NCBI RefSeq assembly: GCF_009914755.1
Contig: NC_060930.1
Length of the DNA: 64,000 nt
Direction: 5' to 3' (one strand)
Source of the DNA: the human T2T-CHM13v2.0 reference genome, Homo sapiens
Positions within the stretch are counted from its first letter, which is position 1; every line of letters begins with the position of its first letter. The notes beneath the pieces were generated by a model. It saw nothing but the letters and a program-made list of their open reading frames with translations. It was not told where the DNA came from and made no database searches. Below are positions 34,409-49,020 of this stretch, one piece after another. Both the position numbers and the translations under genes were made by a program.

Positions 34409-35304
34409 GGGGCAGTTCAACTTACTGCCTGGAGGGATTTTTTGCTATATGTAGTCTCTTAAGTTGCATTCTCCTGTCACTGTTTCTCCAAAAGAAGTAA
34501 GTGAAAGAATTTTTGTTTTGCCTCAAACTACCTTTTATTTGCAACTACATGATTTCATGCAATTCTTCTAAACAACGACATAAAATAGATTTCCTTGTTT
34601 ATAAATAACTTAAATATGCCCCATATAGTACATGCTGAAAGTTGCTAGAACAGTTCATCCACTCCTATAGTATTCTGGTATCCAACAGAGTTGATGCACA
34701 TATATAAATGCCAAGTCCAATATTAAAAACTCAGGCAACTGACTAACTTTAATAAAGTTTCCCAAACTATGTCAATATACCTAAAAATGCGTATATGTAC
34801 AAAAGAAAGATTATTCTCAATAACTTCTATAAAAATAAATTCAATTGTTTGTTCCATCTAACTTCACTACTATTAGTATGAATTTTTAGTGTATGGTAAG
34901 ATTTATTTTACCTTTTTCTCAACATGACACCAACACAGTCAAAAGGAGCTAGTGAGGTGCTAACATGCGAGAATTAACCCAGTGATTCTGGTCACAATGC
35001 ATTTCAGGTAGAGGTACCTATGTCACTGGGATTGGGTGATATGGTTTATTTTCATTCCCTGATTTAGATAACCAAATGGATCAGATAGAGATTCTGATGG
35101 GCATTCCTTCAAAAGAATTTTTTAAGAAGCAGAAATAAAGGAGAAGGCCACTGCCTAGCTTTACTAGAGAGAATGCCACATCTTAGCTGTGGGTCTCATA
35201 ATCTGCAGGGTTAGCGCACAGACCTCAGATGTTGCTGTTTACAATTCATTCTCGGATTGGCAGGTGTTTGTTGTTCCTTGAAGCTAGAGGCACTGGGCTC
35301 ACTA

Positions 35305-35433
<129 letters not shown>

Positions 35434-36470
35434 TTAAAAAAAAAGACATGAAAAAAATAAGTGTTGAATTTACAGTCAGGTGATAAGGGCTGGAGTCTCA
35501 GATTGACCACTTGCTAATTATTCCCAACCTTGGCTAAGCCATTCATCTTATCAGATGTAATTTTCTTTCCTATAGAAATGATGACACCTACCTTACAGAG
35601 TGAACATTAGTTGGGAAGTTTGTGAATGTGTGGTACGGTGTGAGGTTCATGGCAGACTCTCAATAAATGTTTGCTATAACAGAAGTCTCCCCGTTTTCAT
35701 CACAAGAATCCGTTCTTATTTCTCCTCCCTGTATTCTTCAGAATCAAAAGATTTTATACATCAAAAATACTTTCTGAAAGAATACGTCACCCGTTTTCCC
35801 ACTTGAATTAACAAAAAGGAAGCAAAACAGCCAATCAAAATTTCCGACTAGTATGAAACAGCAACACGGAGTTGCTGGGATTCCAGCCAGAAGCAGAGAA
35901 GCTTGATGAAGTAGCCTGCCCGTTTTTTCCCCTGTGTTTTTTGTTCTTTTGGTACTTCTTTTCCCTCTTTTAGGGGGAACCAAGTTTCTCTTTTTTGTAC
36001 ATAAACCCATTCCCTGGCGTTGGAGTGGGAATAACTCTGATCCTGTTTCCTACCAAATAGAATAAAATCATTATAGAAGGAAAACCAAGTAAAGACATGG
36101 AGAGCCTTTCCACAAGCCTTTTTCTGTCTCTGTGATAATGGACACAGCCTTCTCTGGCCTTCCTTTCCCCCACCTAGGCCTTAATATCCGTTGGCAGTTT
36201 CATTTTGTTTCCAGTTGGAGTTTATGCTACACTAAAAAAAAATTAACCCTGTTAAATAATCATGAAAGGGTGGGGCATTTTTCCCATCCCTACCTATCTA
36301 TGAAAACCACTCTGTTTAATCAGAATAGGGTGGTCAAGCCACACAACAAAGCCCACACTTCCTGACATAAATCTGCTTAAGAAAATTGACAACCTTTCCC
36401 CCAAGAACAGACATTTCCCCTTGGCTAGAGTACTTGCTTTCATCTTGGAGAGGCATATATGTCATGAAAT

Positions 36471-36591
36471 TAGGATTGCCAGATGAAATATAGGACATGG
36501 GGCATATTTGTACTAAAAAATGATTCGTTGTTTACCTGAAATTCTAATTTTTCTGGACATCCTGTATTTTCCTTTGCTAAATCTGGCAACT
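36471..36591. mobile_element. MER53, internally deleted
   Basis: taggattgccagat ... gctaaatctggcaac terminal inverted repeats. Confidence 0.7.
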
Positions 36592-37232
36592 TTACATGGA
36601 ATCAAGGAATTTTAGGTCTAGAAGGAATTTCAAAGAGCATCCAGACTAACCGGTTAATTTTATGCATTTTAGTATTTAAGGCCCAGAAAAGTCCAAAGTT
36701 ACATGATTAGTGCTGGCAGAGAGAAGGCTTGAATCCAAGGCTAGCCTACTTGTTCTAAGTCACTCCACTCTCATGTGGAATTCTGATGCTAGAGAGACCT
36801 AGAGAAATAGAAGGCAACTTTTTTTTTAAATGACCTCATTCCCAACAGTTAGTTTTGTCTATCTTTGCCTAGTGAGTCAGTTCAGATTAGCCTAAAACAG
36901 GGGAAGGTGGGTGTGAGTAGGGTCCCTCCCAGCTCTCCAATTATGGCCTGTGGCATTTGCAGCTGATAATCACTGACGCCTCGCCCCTGCCAGGCATGTG
37001 CTTTGGGTTATCCCTCTACTGACAGGGATGGATTTGCATTGGTCAGGCCATCCCTTCACCTTTGTCTTCAGTCCAGGGAAGGTGCCCACATGAAGACTAC
37101 AATCTCAAGTTAGAGTGTCATCTATTAAAGTCAAGAGACTACTCTTGATCATTCTTGGCCCAGGATGCAACACAGTGTTTGGCCCATGGCAAGTGCTCAG
37201 TAAATGATGATAATAATAGAATGAAACAAAGC

Positions 37233-37524
<292 letters not shown>

Positions 37525-38503
37525 CTAGCTCAAACTCGTATCATGTGAATCAAATAAACACTGTCATGAAAACAATTTTTTGTGACCAACTAGAGGAAAA
37601 ACAGGTCTTACTCTCACCTGTGATGTTTTATGTATCCTGGAATACCTCTCAGTGTGTGTACCGACATGTGAAACCATTACCTGTCTTGTTTGGGAGAGAC
37701 AGAAATGAGTGAGTCCAAAGGTTCTTGCTTTCTTCCCACATTAAGTATCTTCTCCCCTTTGGTTTTATTTTCTGTGACTGTGAGAAGAGGTTTCTTTTTG
37801 GTTTTGTTTGTTTTGTTTTTTACTCTTCACACTCACTGAGGTCTGTTTCTGCTCTACTGTGTTATTTTGTATAGAAGGTTAACATCCAGGTGCATCAATA
37901 TGCCTTCAAAAATTATTCTTCCCTTCAACAAAAAATCCAGGAAACAGAATTTCTATTTGTAAGTCTCACAGGAAAAGCACTAAAACTGGAGATTAATTAA
38001 AAAAAATCCAGGAAACTGGAGATGGGCATGTGCAGAATTCATAAATTTACAACATCACTGACCTCAGTTTTTAAACTTCCATTGGTGTTGTGGGACTAGG
38101 GTGCTATGTGAAGTAATCATGGAGGAGGGGAGTAGACAGAGACTTGCTCATCATCTACAAAAGGCTATCATTACATCTCCATGGAAATAGGGTCATTTGG
38201 TGACAGTGTCAAACAAAAGAGGAAAAACTGACTTTATTCAGGGACGCTTTATCAGGAAGGAATCACCTGCCTTCTCCCTAATGTGTTCTTCCAAAGCAAG
38301 CTTCATTTCTTCCTCATGAAAGCTAGGAAGGCATGTGGGCATGTAGCCACCACACTGCGAAATGCTCAGCGTGGTAGGAAGTCTACATGAAAGTGGAACC
38401 ACCTGTGTAGCAGACACAGCGCTGTTGCATAAGGCTGTGGTCACTGGCACAGTTTTATTGGAAGGTGGAGAAATTATTTTTACATCAAAGAAACAAAAAA
38501 ACT

Positions 38504-38910
<407 letters not shown>

Positions 38911-38931
38911 TTATGCAGATTTAATGTGTTC

Positions 38932-39165
38932 AAATCACCAGAGGTCGGGAGAACCAGCCTGGCCAATACATAGTAAAACCACGTCTCTACTAAAAAATAC
39001 AAAATTTAGCTGGGCGTGGTGGCGCACGCCTGTAGTCCCAGCTACTTGGGAAACTGAGGCAGGAGACTCGCTTGAACCTGAGAGGCAGAGGTTGCAGTGA
39101 GCTGAGATTGGCCACTCCACTCCAGCCTGGGGGACAGAGCGAGACTCCATCTCTCAAAAACAAAA
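38932..39165 (+). mobile_element. 5'-truncated AluS
   Basis: Begins in mid left arm. Confidence 0.82.
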
Positions 39166-40330
39166 GTATGCCTTTTCTCTTCCAAAATTTTTTTTTTTAG
39201 AACTTTGGGGTTAAATTTCATTATAAATACATACTTGTGTACCTCTCTAACCACCTTCCTGATTTCCATGAATTGTGGCAGAAACTTAAAGCCAGAAAAG
39301 ACTGTGAATGTCCCTCTTTCAAATGTTAGACCTAGATTTATATTTCACTGTTAGTTTTGTTTTTCTTCTAATAGGATATGATTTCTAAAAATAAGCATGA
39401 GATAAATAATTCCTGAGCATCTATAGATATCTTTTAAGGGAAGTAAAATTCATGTATGCAGGGGATAGGAAGGAAAGTATTATTAAATTCACACTGGATT
39501 AAGGATAGGAGACCTGGGTTCCAGAACCAACTCTGCCATCAACTAGTTGAGTGATTTATTTATTTATTTTTTTATTTTTTTATTTTTATTATTTTGTGTG
39601 TGTGTGGACTCTCAAACTCTCTGGCTTTAATTTCCCTGTCTATAAAATTAGTGGGTTGACTAAATGGATTCTGAGTTCAACCTTTAAGATTCGGTCATTT
39701 CACAACTAATATAGCTTTCACCATTTTTAGCTTGATTTAGATAACAATGAAAACAAAAGCAACATTGTTTGGATGGCATATTTGTTATCTTAGACTATTA
39801 TGGTCCACTTTTTAAATTTACAAAGGTTCTCTTACTCCTCATTGTCACCACTCATTGTCAGGGTTTTCATTTGCTTGTTTCGTTTGGTTTTAAGGCCTGT
39901 ATCAGCTTCGAAAATACCACCTAGCCTGTGTTTTCTTGTCAGATTTTGTTCCCTTTGGCTGACATTTTCTATCTCTTATCTTTCAGTGGCCTTGTCATAT
40001 TTGTAGGGGAACTTTGGCCTCTCACTCAGTAGGAGAGTGGATCTGGAGTTCTTATTAGGTCAACAGTGATGATGTGTATACACTATTACCAATAACAAAA
40101 ATAAAAATATTAGAAAAAACAGTAAAATATTCATCCATCCACTCCCTACCTTGGTCAGAAGAGAGTACTAATAATTTTCCTCAAGGCTTTTCTCTCCCCT
40201 TCCATCTGCTTCTGTAAACTCTCCTCCCTGTCAAGGTCTGGTCTAGGTTCTAGCTTCTCTATGAATCTACCTGTCAAGCTTTGTCTCTGCTTATTCCTCT
40301 TTCCCTTGAATTTCCCTGGTCTTCTTATCA

Positions 40331-40383
40331 TCTCCTTCAGAAAATTTAGTCTCCTTCAGAAAATACCATCTCCTTCAGAAAAT
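40331..40383. repeat. 3 x TCTCCTTCAGAAAAT, 19-bp period
   Basis: Copies at 40331, 40350, 40369 with 4-nt spacers ttag and acca. Confidence 0.9.
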
Positions 40384-40489
40384 ATCAAAGCTGCAGTTTA
40401 TTACTCTCTCAGAGAAACTAGAAATCAAGCTAAAACAGATGAAACAGACTGTCTGGGAGAGTGACCGGACCATTCAAAGGAAGACTAGG

Positions 40490-40541
40490 GGCCGGGCGCG
40501 GTGGCTCACGTCTGCAATCCCAGCACTTTGGGAGGGTGAGG
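40490..40541 (+). mobile_element. Alu 5' fragment (~52 bp) fused to MER1A
   Basis: GGCCGGGCGCGGTGGCTCACG...TTTGGGAGGGTGAGG then an abrupt switch to MER1A. Confidence 0.9.
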
Positions 40542-41016
40542 TACCAGTCAGTGGCCTGTTAGGAACTGGGCTGCACGGCAGGAGATGAGTGGCAGGCGAC
40601 AGAGCAAAACTTCATCTGTATTTGCAGCTGCTCCCCATCACTCACACTACCACCTGAGCTCCACCTCCTGTCAGGTCAACGGTGGCATTAGATTCTCATA
40701 GGAGCGTGAACCCTATTGTGAACTGCACATGCAAGGGATGTAGGTTGCATGCTCCCTGTGAGAATCTAATGCCTGATGATCTGTCACTGTCTCCTGTCAC
40801 CCCCAGATGGGACCGTCTAGTTGCAGGAAAACAAGCTCAAGGCTCCCACTGATTCTACATTACGGTGAGTTGTATAATCATTTCATTATATCTTACAATG
40901 TAATAATAATAGAAATAAGGTGCACAATAAATGTAATGCACTTGAATCATCCCGAAACTATCCCTCCCCAGTCCATGGAAAAACTGTCTTCCCTGGTGCC
41001 AAAAAGGTTGACGGCT
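40541..41016 (+). mobile_element. MER1A (hAT-Charlie), 5' terminus missing
   Basis: GTGGCCTGTTAGGAAC..., internal inverted repeat GGCATTAGATTCTCA/TGAGAATCTAATGCC, ends CCCTGGTGCCAAAAAGGTTG. Confidence 0.85.
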
Positions 41017-42433
41017 GTTCTGCAGCAAGGTCTTTAAACAATGCCTGTGACATAGACAATCCCTCAGAAAGATGCTTATCTAACGTTCCCAGTGGTCATG
41101 ACTTTTGGCAAGAAAGTTGGAGATGTGACCAGCTGCACATGACTTTACCTAAAAGCTTGCTATGTAAAGGACACTTTCTGGAGAGTGGGTGTAGGAATTC
41201 ACTGTCTCACTGCTGCCCAAGACAGCACTACTGTTTGTAAGCCCCTATTAAATATTTCTTTCTGAGAAAGTGGATTTGTCAGCCTCTGTTTTTGGCCTTC
41301 AGCTCCCTTGGCCTTTGTGGGTAGGTTTGTATATACCTGCTCACTGCAGAAAAATATTCTACTCCAGTTTGTGATATATTTGGGTTTACAGATAGTCTGG
41401 TTACTGGAGTTTGAACCCAGTTCTGACTCCAATGCTCATGATCTTTCACTCTACCACATAGTCTTCCAGAAACAAATCATATGTGGTCTCTGCCCTTGAT
41501 AGATTCTCCATCTAGCATGAGAGATGGGTATATAAACAAATGATTGCTGCAGAAAATTTAATAGAAAACTAAGGAAGGTGATGCTAACTCTACCTGGGCA
41601 TGTCAGGGAAAGTATCACATAGGAGGGAGTATTCGTAGTGAGTGTTTCCACCAGGAAAGACAAGCAGAGGGACTTTCCTATGTACAGTAACATGCTTCAC
41701 TCATAGTTTTAAAAATTAACGTTCTCACCCTTTTTTCCCAGCCATCGTTGGTGTCACCAATCTCCCATGCTCTCCTAAAAAATTTTCCTTTTCCCGTTTT
41801 TGCACTTCTCCTATATAATTAATTTACATGTCTTCTGTTTTTCTCTATACTTACAGCTCCTTGACCAAAAGACCATGACTTATTTATCTTTGTGCACCTA
41901 GCACAGTGCCTTACAAAGACTAGGCATTAATAAACACTCATTGGGCACCTGAAGATAGGTACAGATTTCTAGGTAAAGAAACTAGGATGTGCACAGGCCT
42001 TGTGGGCGATGGAGCATAGCATGTTCAAAGGCCTGAAAGACAAGATCAGCATGACTAGCTATTAGGCAGTAGTGGTGGTGGTGGTAATAGAGGCAGAGTG
42101 TTCAGGAAGGTGATGTTGTAGGGTAGAGTAATCTGAGATAAAACTGGGACTGGTTGGAGTTAGACCATTAGGATCTTAGAGAACATGTTAAAGATTTTGG
42201 TCTTCATCCTAAGAGCAGTAGGAGGCCACGGAACAAAGGGTCAATGGGTAACACACTGAAAAGTTCACCTGAGCTCCATTGAGGGGTAAGGGCTGGGGAC
42301 AAATACAACAAGGGAAAATATAGAAGGCTACTACAGTCATCCAAATATTGGATGTGGCTTTTAGTGAAGTTTGGAAGAAGTGCCCCTTTTTTAGGAATAC
42401 CATACAGAAAAGTCACATATTTGAACATAACTA

Positions 42434-42892
<459 letters not shown>

Positions 42893-43028
42893 TTAGGCTT
42901 TATGTAGCTAACCTACTTGCTACATATCAATGCTACATTTCAATGGTAATGATATCCCCCAAGTGAATACCAACTAATTATAGTCTCTAACGTAGAGTGA
43001 ATGTCCTTTCACAAACCATTGATGTTAC

Positions 43029-43485
43029 TAAGGGAGGAGACCACCCCTCATATCGTCTTATGCCCAATTTCTGCCTCCAAAGAAGAAGTAAAAACTAAAA
43101 CGCAGACATGAAATCCACAGGCAGACAGCCTGGTGCCGCGCCCTGAGCCTGGTAGTTAAAAATTGACCCCTGACCTAATAGGTTATGTTATCTATAGATT
43201 ACAGACATTGTATAGAAAAGCACTGTGAAAATCCCTATCCTGTTTTGTTTCGATCTAATTACCGGTGCATGCAGCCCCCAGTCACGTACCCCCGCTTGCT
43301 CAATCAATCACAACCCTCTCACGTGCACGCACTTAGAGTTGTGAGCCCTTAAAAGGGACAAGAAATGCTCACTCAGGGAGCTCGGCTCTTGAGACAGGAG
43401 TCTTGCTGACGCTCCCGGCCGATTAAACTGCTTCCTTCTTTAACTGGGTGTCTGAAGGGTTTTGTCTGCGGCTTGTCCTGCTACA
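43029..43485 (+). mobile_element. LTR2 solo LTR (HERV-E/Harlequin, ERV1)
   Basis: Starts TAAGGGAGGAGACCACCCCTCAT, ends GTCCTGCTACA; 4-bp TSD TTAC at 43025-43028 and 43486-43489. Confidence 0.88.
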
Positions 43486-44062
43486 TTACAATTAGTAAAG
43501 TAGGGACAGTGGAAAGTTGTTTTTCCAAATCAAGTCACACTGCTGGCATATTTTTGGTTTTGATCTTCAGTTTTCAGTAGCATTCCTTATTATTCACATT
43601 AAGAAAGTAATTCATGCTATTTTTCTTTGTGGCCATATTTGTCATTTTGCTTACACTAGTCAGTTTGTGTTACCATTTTCCTGTATAATTCTATGTAGAT
43701 TAACAATCACTGGGGGTACATGACTGTATATATTTAAAATGTTTAAATCTAAAGTGGTATTAGTTTTCTTTCAAAGTTAAAATATTTAATAGAAGAGCCA
43801 TTGAATTTATTTAAATGACTCATAAGAATAACATCTCTAAGCTCTATTTGATCCATAAATCAATATTTTGCTTAGTGTGAATATTTTGATGTAAATGCAT
43901 TATTACACTGGATAGAGGAGACATTTCTCACTTTTCTGGCATTTTCTTTTTCAGATAAGCAACACGAATGCTTTTTTTGAGGCTTAAACTGGCATCATTT
44001 TTAGATTAAGACAGGGAATGAGGGAAGGTATAAATAAATAGACAAAGTAGTATGGAAACACG

Positions 44063-44385
<323 letters not shown>

Positions 44386-45065
44386 TTAAATTTCTATAAT
44401 ACTCTTTTATTCCAATATATAAACCAATTTTTTAAAAGAGAAAAACAGATTACAACTTTCTCTTCTAAGTCAGGAAGCTCTAGAAAAACTTAATGATTTT
44501 TAAGAAGTAGCAATGTTTCATAAACAAGGAGGAGACCAACTCGAGAAATAATTCAGCAATAATAAGGGCCCTTAGAAAAGGGTGAGAGATGGTACTGAGT
44601 CAGAGATTCCAGGGTTTCTGACTATTACCACTTCTAGAGTTGCAATAGATTTGGTTTAGGCCTTTAAGTTATGGTGCATTTTATTTGTAAATAATATTTA
44701 ACAGTGATGCTGCTAAATAGCAGCATAAAAATGTGGCAAGATCCTCATAATTCACAGGTTTTGCTGTTGTGGTAACATGAAAGTGAAAACAAAAGCATAC
44801 TGTTCTACAACTGCACAGCTTCCTTTTCCTGTTCTCAGGGCAGTAGATGTCAATTGAATGCTCGGACACCAACAAGAACAGAAAATTCAACACACAGATG
44901 TTGCCACTGACTTGTGATGCTCACCAAACACTCATAACTTAGAGGAAGTACTTTTTTTCTTTCACTGGTTTGAATTCACCAACTTGATTATCAAATAATG
45001 CAGCAGTTTCATTATTTTCATCACTGGGATTTCTTTTCCTGACCTCACTTGTTGATTGCACTCAT

Positions 45066-45160
45066 CTATATATAACTTAGGCCTCCCCTGAACACGGAGA
45101 AAGACACACGGCACCTGCTGTCCAGCCAGAAGTTATTTTAAGCTATTCTAAAATGAGTCA
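45066..45160. promoter_or_regulatory. Candidate muscle enhancer in intron 1
   Basis: MEF2 consensus CTATATATAA 45066-45075, E-box CACCTGCTG 45112-45120, MEF2-like TTATTTTAAG 45133-45142 (1 mismatch), AP-1 TGAGTCA 45154-45160. Confidence 0.4.
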
Positions 45161-45878
45161 TGCCGTTTAGCACTTCATCCTTGAAAATCAAGAGAATCGT
45201 TTTTCAGTCAAATTGAAAACAGTAAACATTTACTGGCTTAAATCCATACATGGGTTTTAAAGTCGGGGAGACTATCTTAGGATGAAATAAAATCTCAAGT
45301 AAAATGAACTTCAAAATAATTAATTTAAGATAAGCTGTCCATAGGAGTTTTACTTCGGTTAGTCTAAATGCAAGTGGCTGTTTGTATTTGATTTATTCTT
45401 CATGAGATGCCACAATCATTGATTTTTTAAATTCTTAATTCCATGGCTATTCTTTAAACTCCTGTTCCACATTTACTTTAAAACAGAACAGTCATTATAA
45501 AGCCCAGGACAATTCAATTCCCAAAAGTAGCCTCAAGACAAGTTAACAAGAGGGAAAAAAACAAAGTCAGAGAACTTTGTTACTTTTCAATCATCCATTT
45601 TATATTATGTGGCAAAGAAATTATTTCTAACTTTTATCTTATATAAACTTTATTGCCTTATTTTCCCCTCCCCAGGGAGAGAACTTTTCACTTGTGTTGG
45701 CTATTCCAGATGACTATCACAGACACATCCCTCCCTAAGCAACACATTTTATTTATAAATACAACAATGAAAAGTTCTCCAACAGTTCACTGGCAATCTC
45801 AAAGTTGCAAGTTTCGAACACCACAAACCGCACCCTACACCTTCTCACAGGGCTTGGGGGAGTGTTTGTCATACTTAC

Positions 45879-45960
45879 CAGAAGGCAAGAAGCTAAGCAA
45901 GAAGAGAGAGGAGAGGAAGGAGGCAGGAAAAAGCAAGTCAGAGCTGCAGCAACAGCAGGA
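45879..45960 (-). other. TXLNB: TXLNB non-coding exon 1 (5' end approximate)
   Basis: Consensus donor CTG|gtaagt at 45879/45878 below a pyrimidine-rich leader with promoter-type motifs directly upstream; exon 2 has an acceptor 14 nt before the ATG, so an upstream exon is required. Confidence 0.7.
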
Positions 45961-46032
45961 GAGGGCGGGCTGGCTGTGTTCTTACAAGGGAGAGAGAAAC
46001 CCAATACACACACACACATACACACGTGCACG

Positions 46033-46067
<35 letters not shown>

Positions 46068-46210
46068 CACAGGCACTGATGGAGGCAGCAGTCTGGAGGA
46101 GGTGGGGGTAGGGAAAGGAACATCATATGACACAGCAAGGGGAAAATACACCCAAGCTTCCCTAGCTGTTGCCAGGGGAAATACCTTAGCAGAGAGAAGC
46201 AGCTGGAAGA
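45960..46210 (-). promoter_or_regulatory. Putative TXLNB proximal promoter (non-CpG-island)
   Basis: GC box GGGCGG 45963-45968, CCAAT 46001-46005, CA/TG repeat, G-rich tract 46095-46113, E-box CAGCTG 46200-46205; position inferred from the exon 1 donor. Confidence 0.5.
46004..46066. repeat. Compound (CA)n/(CG) microsatellite
   Basis: About 60 bp of alternating purine-pyrimidine. Confidence 0.95.
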
Positions 46211-46885
46211 TCTCATTAGACTCTCCATGTTTTGTTTGTCCTTTCGGAAATTTAAACTCTGAGTATATTACCCCCGTTGCAAATGCAGTCTTTCACCATT
46301 GTTGTCCTTTTTGGGTAGAGATCAGTTTTTCTTACTTCTTGGGTTATCTCCAGTGTGGTGGATGATTCATCTTCTTTTTCTTCTTCTTCTTGCACTAGCT
46401 TAATTAGTGTCAGGTTTCTTACAGGAATCATGGAAAAAGAAAAACAATGGCATAAGAACAGGGAGGTGGTGGAACCATTTTAATTCTGATGTCATTGTTT
46501 GGTTTGTTTGCAAAGTTTGAAATAAACATGTAGATGGTGATTTTGGAGCTGAACTGAGTATAATCTTCATGCACGTGGTAATTGGTGTGACCTTGGAGCA
46601 CAGTCTTTCCCAGGTAACTCTTCCCATCTCAAACAAACCCTCAGGGAAGCAGTCTGCTTTTTCTTCCTTAGTTGGTGGCTTTCCCACATTTTGTAAATCC
46701 TCAACATGCTCCTTGATCCTCCTCAGAAAAAGAAATTCCTTCTGATTCACCATAAAATGCCTGTCTATTAATTTACATCCATTTGCCTTTTATTTTTCTT
46801 TCTGGAGCTTGTGTTCCCATACTTCCAAAGCAGATTCCTCCATCGGTTTCTGCTCTGGGGACAGGCTAGGCATAGTGGCATCCCT

Positions 46886-47612
<727 letters not shown>

Positions 47613-48363
47613 AACAAAAGGAAATGAAAACATCCCACCCCCAGTTTTGTCCTACTTATTCTCTGAGTTTAGGGGAGGCATAAGTTATATATAGATGAGT
47701 GCACCCAACAAGCAGAAGTCAGGATAAAGAAATTCCAGTGTTGAAGACAATGAAGCTGTTCACTATATTATTTGATAATTAAGTTAGTGAATTAAAATTG
47801 ATGAAAGAGAAAAGCACTTTCTTCTAAATTAATGAATACTTGGTGAGTGCCACAAATTGGGTGGCATTCCATCCTGGATTGTAGCAAACTGACCCGATCA
47901 CATCTCTTAGTAAATATAAACAAGTCAGTGCTTTTCAAATTTAAATAATGTATAGATTCACTTAACAGAATAATTTAAATAATGTGGAAATTATTTGAAG
48001 GATTATATTATTATTTGAACCTACATGTACTAAAATGAAAATAGGATAAATTCCTTATGCTTACAGTAGTTATATAAATTTTAAAATGTATACATTTTAA
48101 AGCCTACAAAATCAATAAATGCGACTCAAATTAATAACACTACTTTTATGTGACAGATATTGTTTTGCTGAACTTAAATTGCTGCTTGCAACATGAATAC
48201 TCTATTGACTGCTGGGTTTTTTGAGTTTCTGGTACTCTTCTACAATGTGGTTTGGGAATTTCCTCAACACTTGATTCATTCAAATTATTACATAGTTTTT
48301 ATTCATATGGCCTGCTATGATTTCATGGGGCTCTCATTTGATACGGCTGCATCATTTACTGCT

Positions 48364-49020
<657 letters not shown>

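Noticed and set aside
40331-40383. Repeat-spacer pattern superficially like CRISPR
   Set aside because: 15-bp repeats with 4-bp spacers in eukaryotic DNA, no cas genes; kept only as a tandem repeat.
40684-40773. Strong inverted repeat (GGCATTAGATTCTCA...TGAGAATCTAATGCC)
   Set aside because: Intrinsic to the MER1 consensus, not locus-specific.
45653-46365. Four overlapping ORFs (up to 186 aa) at the promoter
   Set aside because: Kept open by the stop-free CA repeat and purine tract (HTHTHT/CVCVCV); no coding signature.
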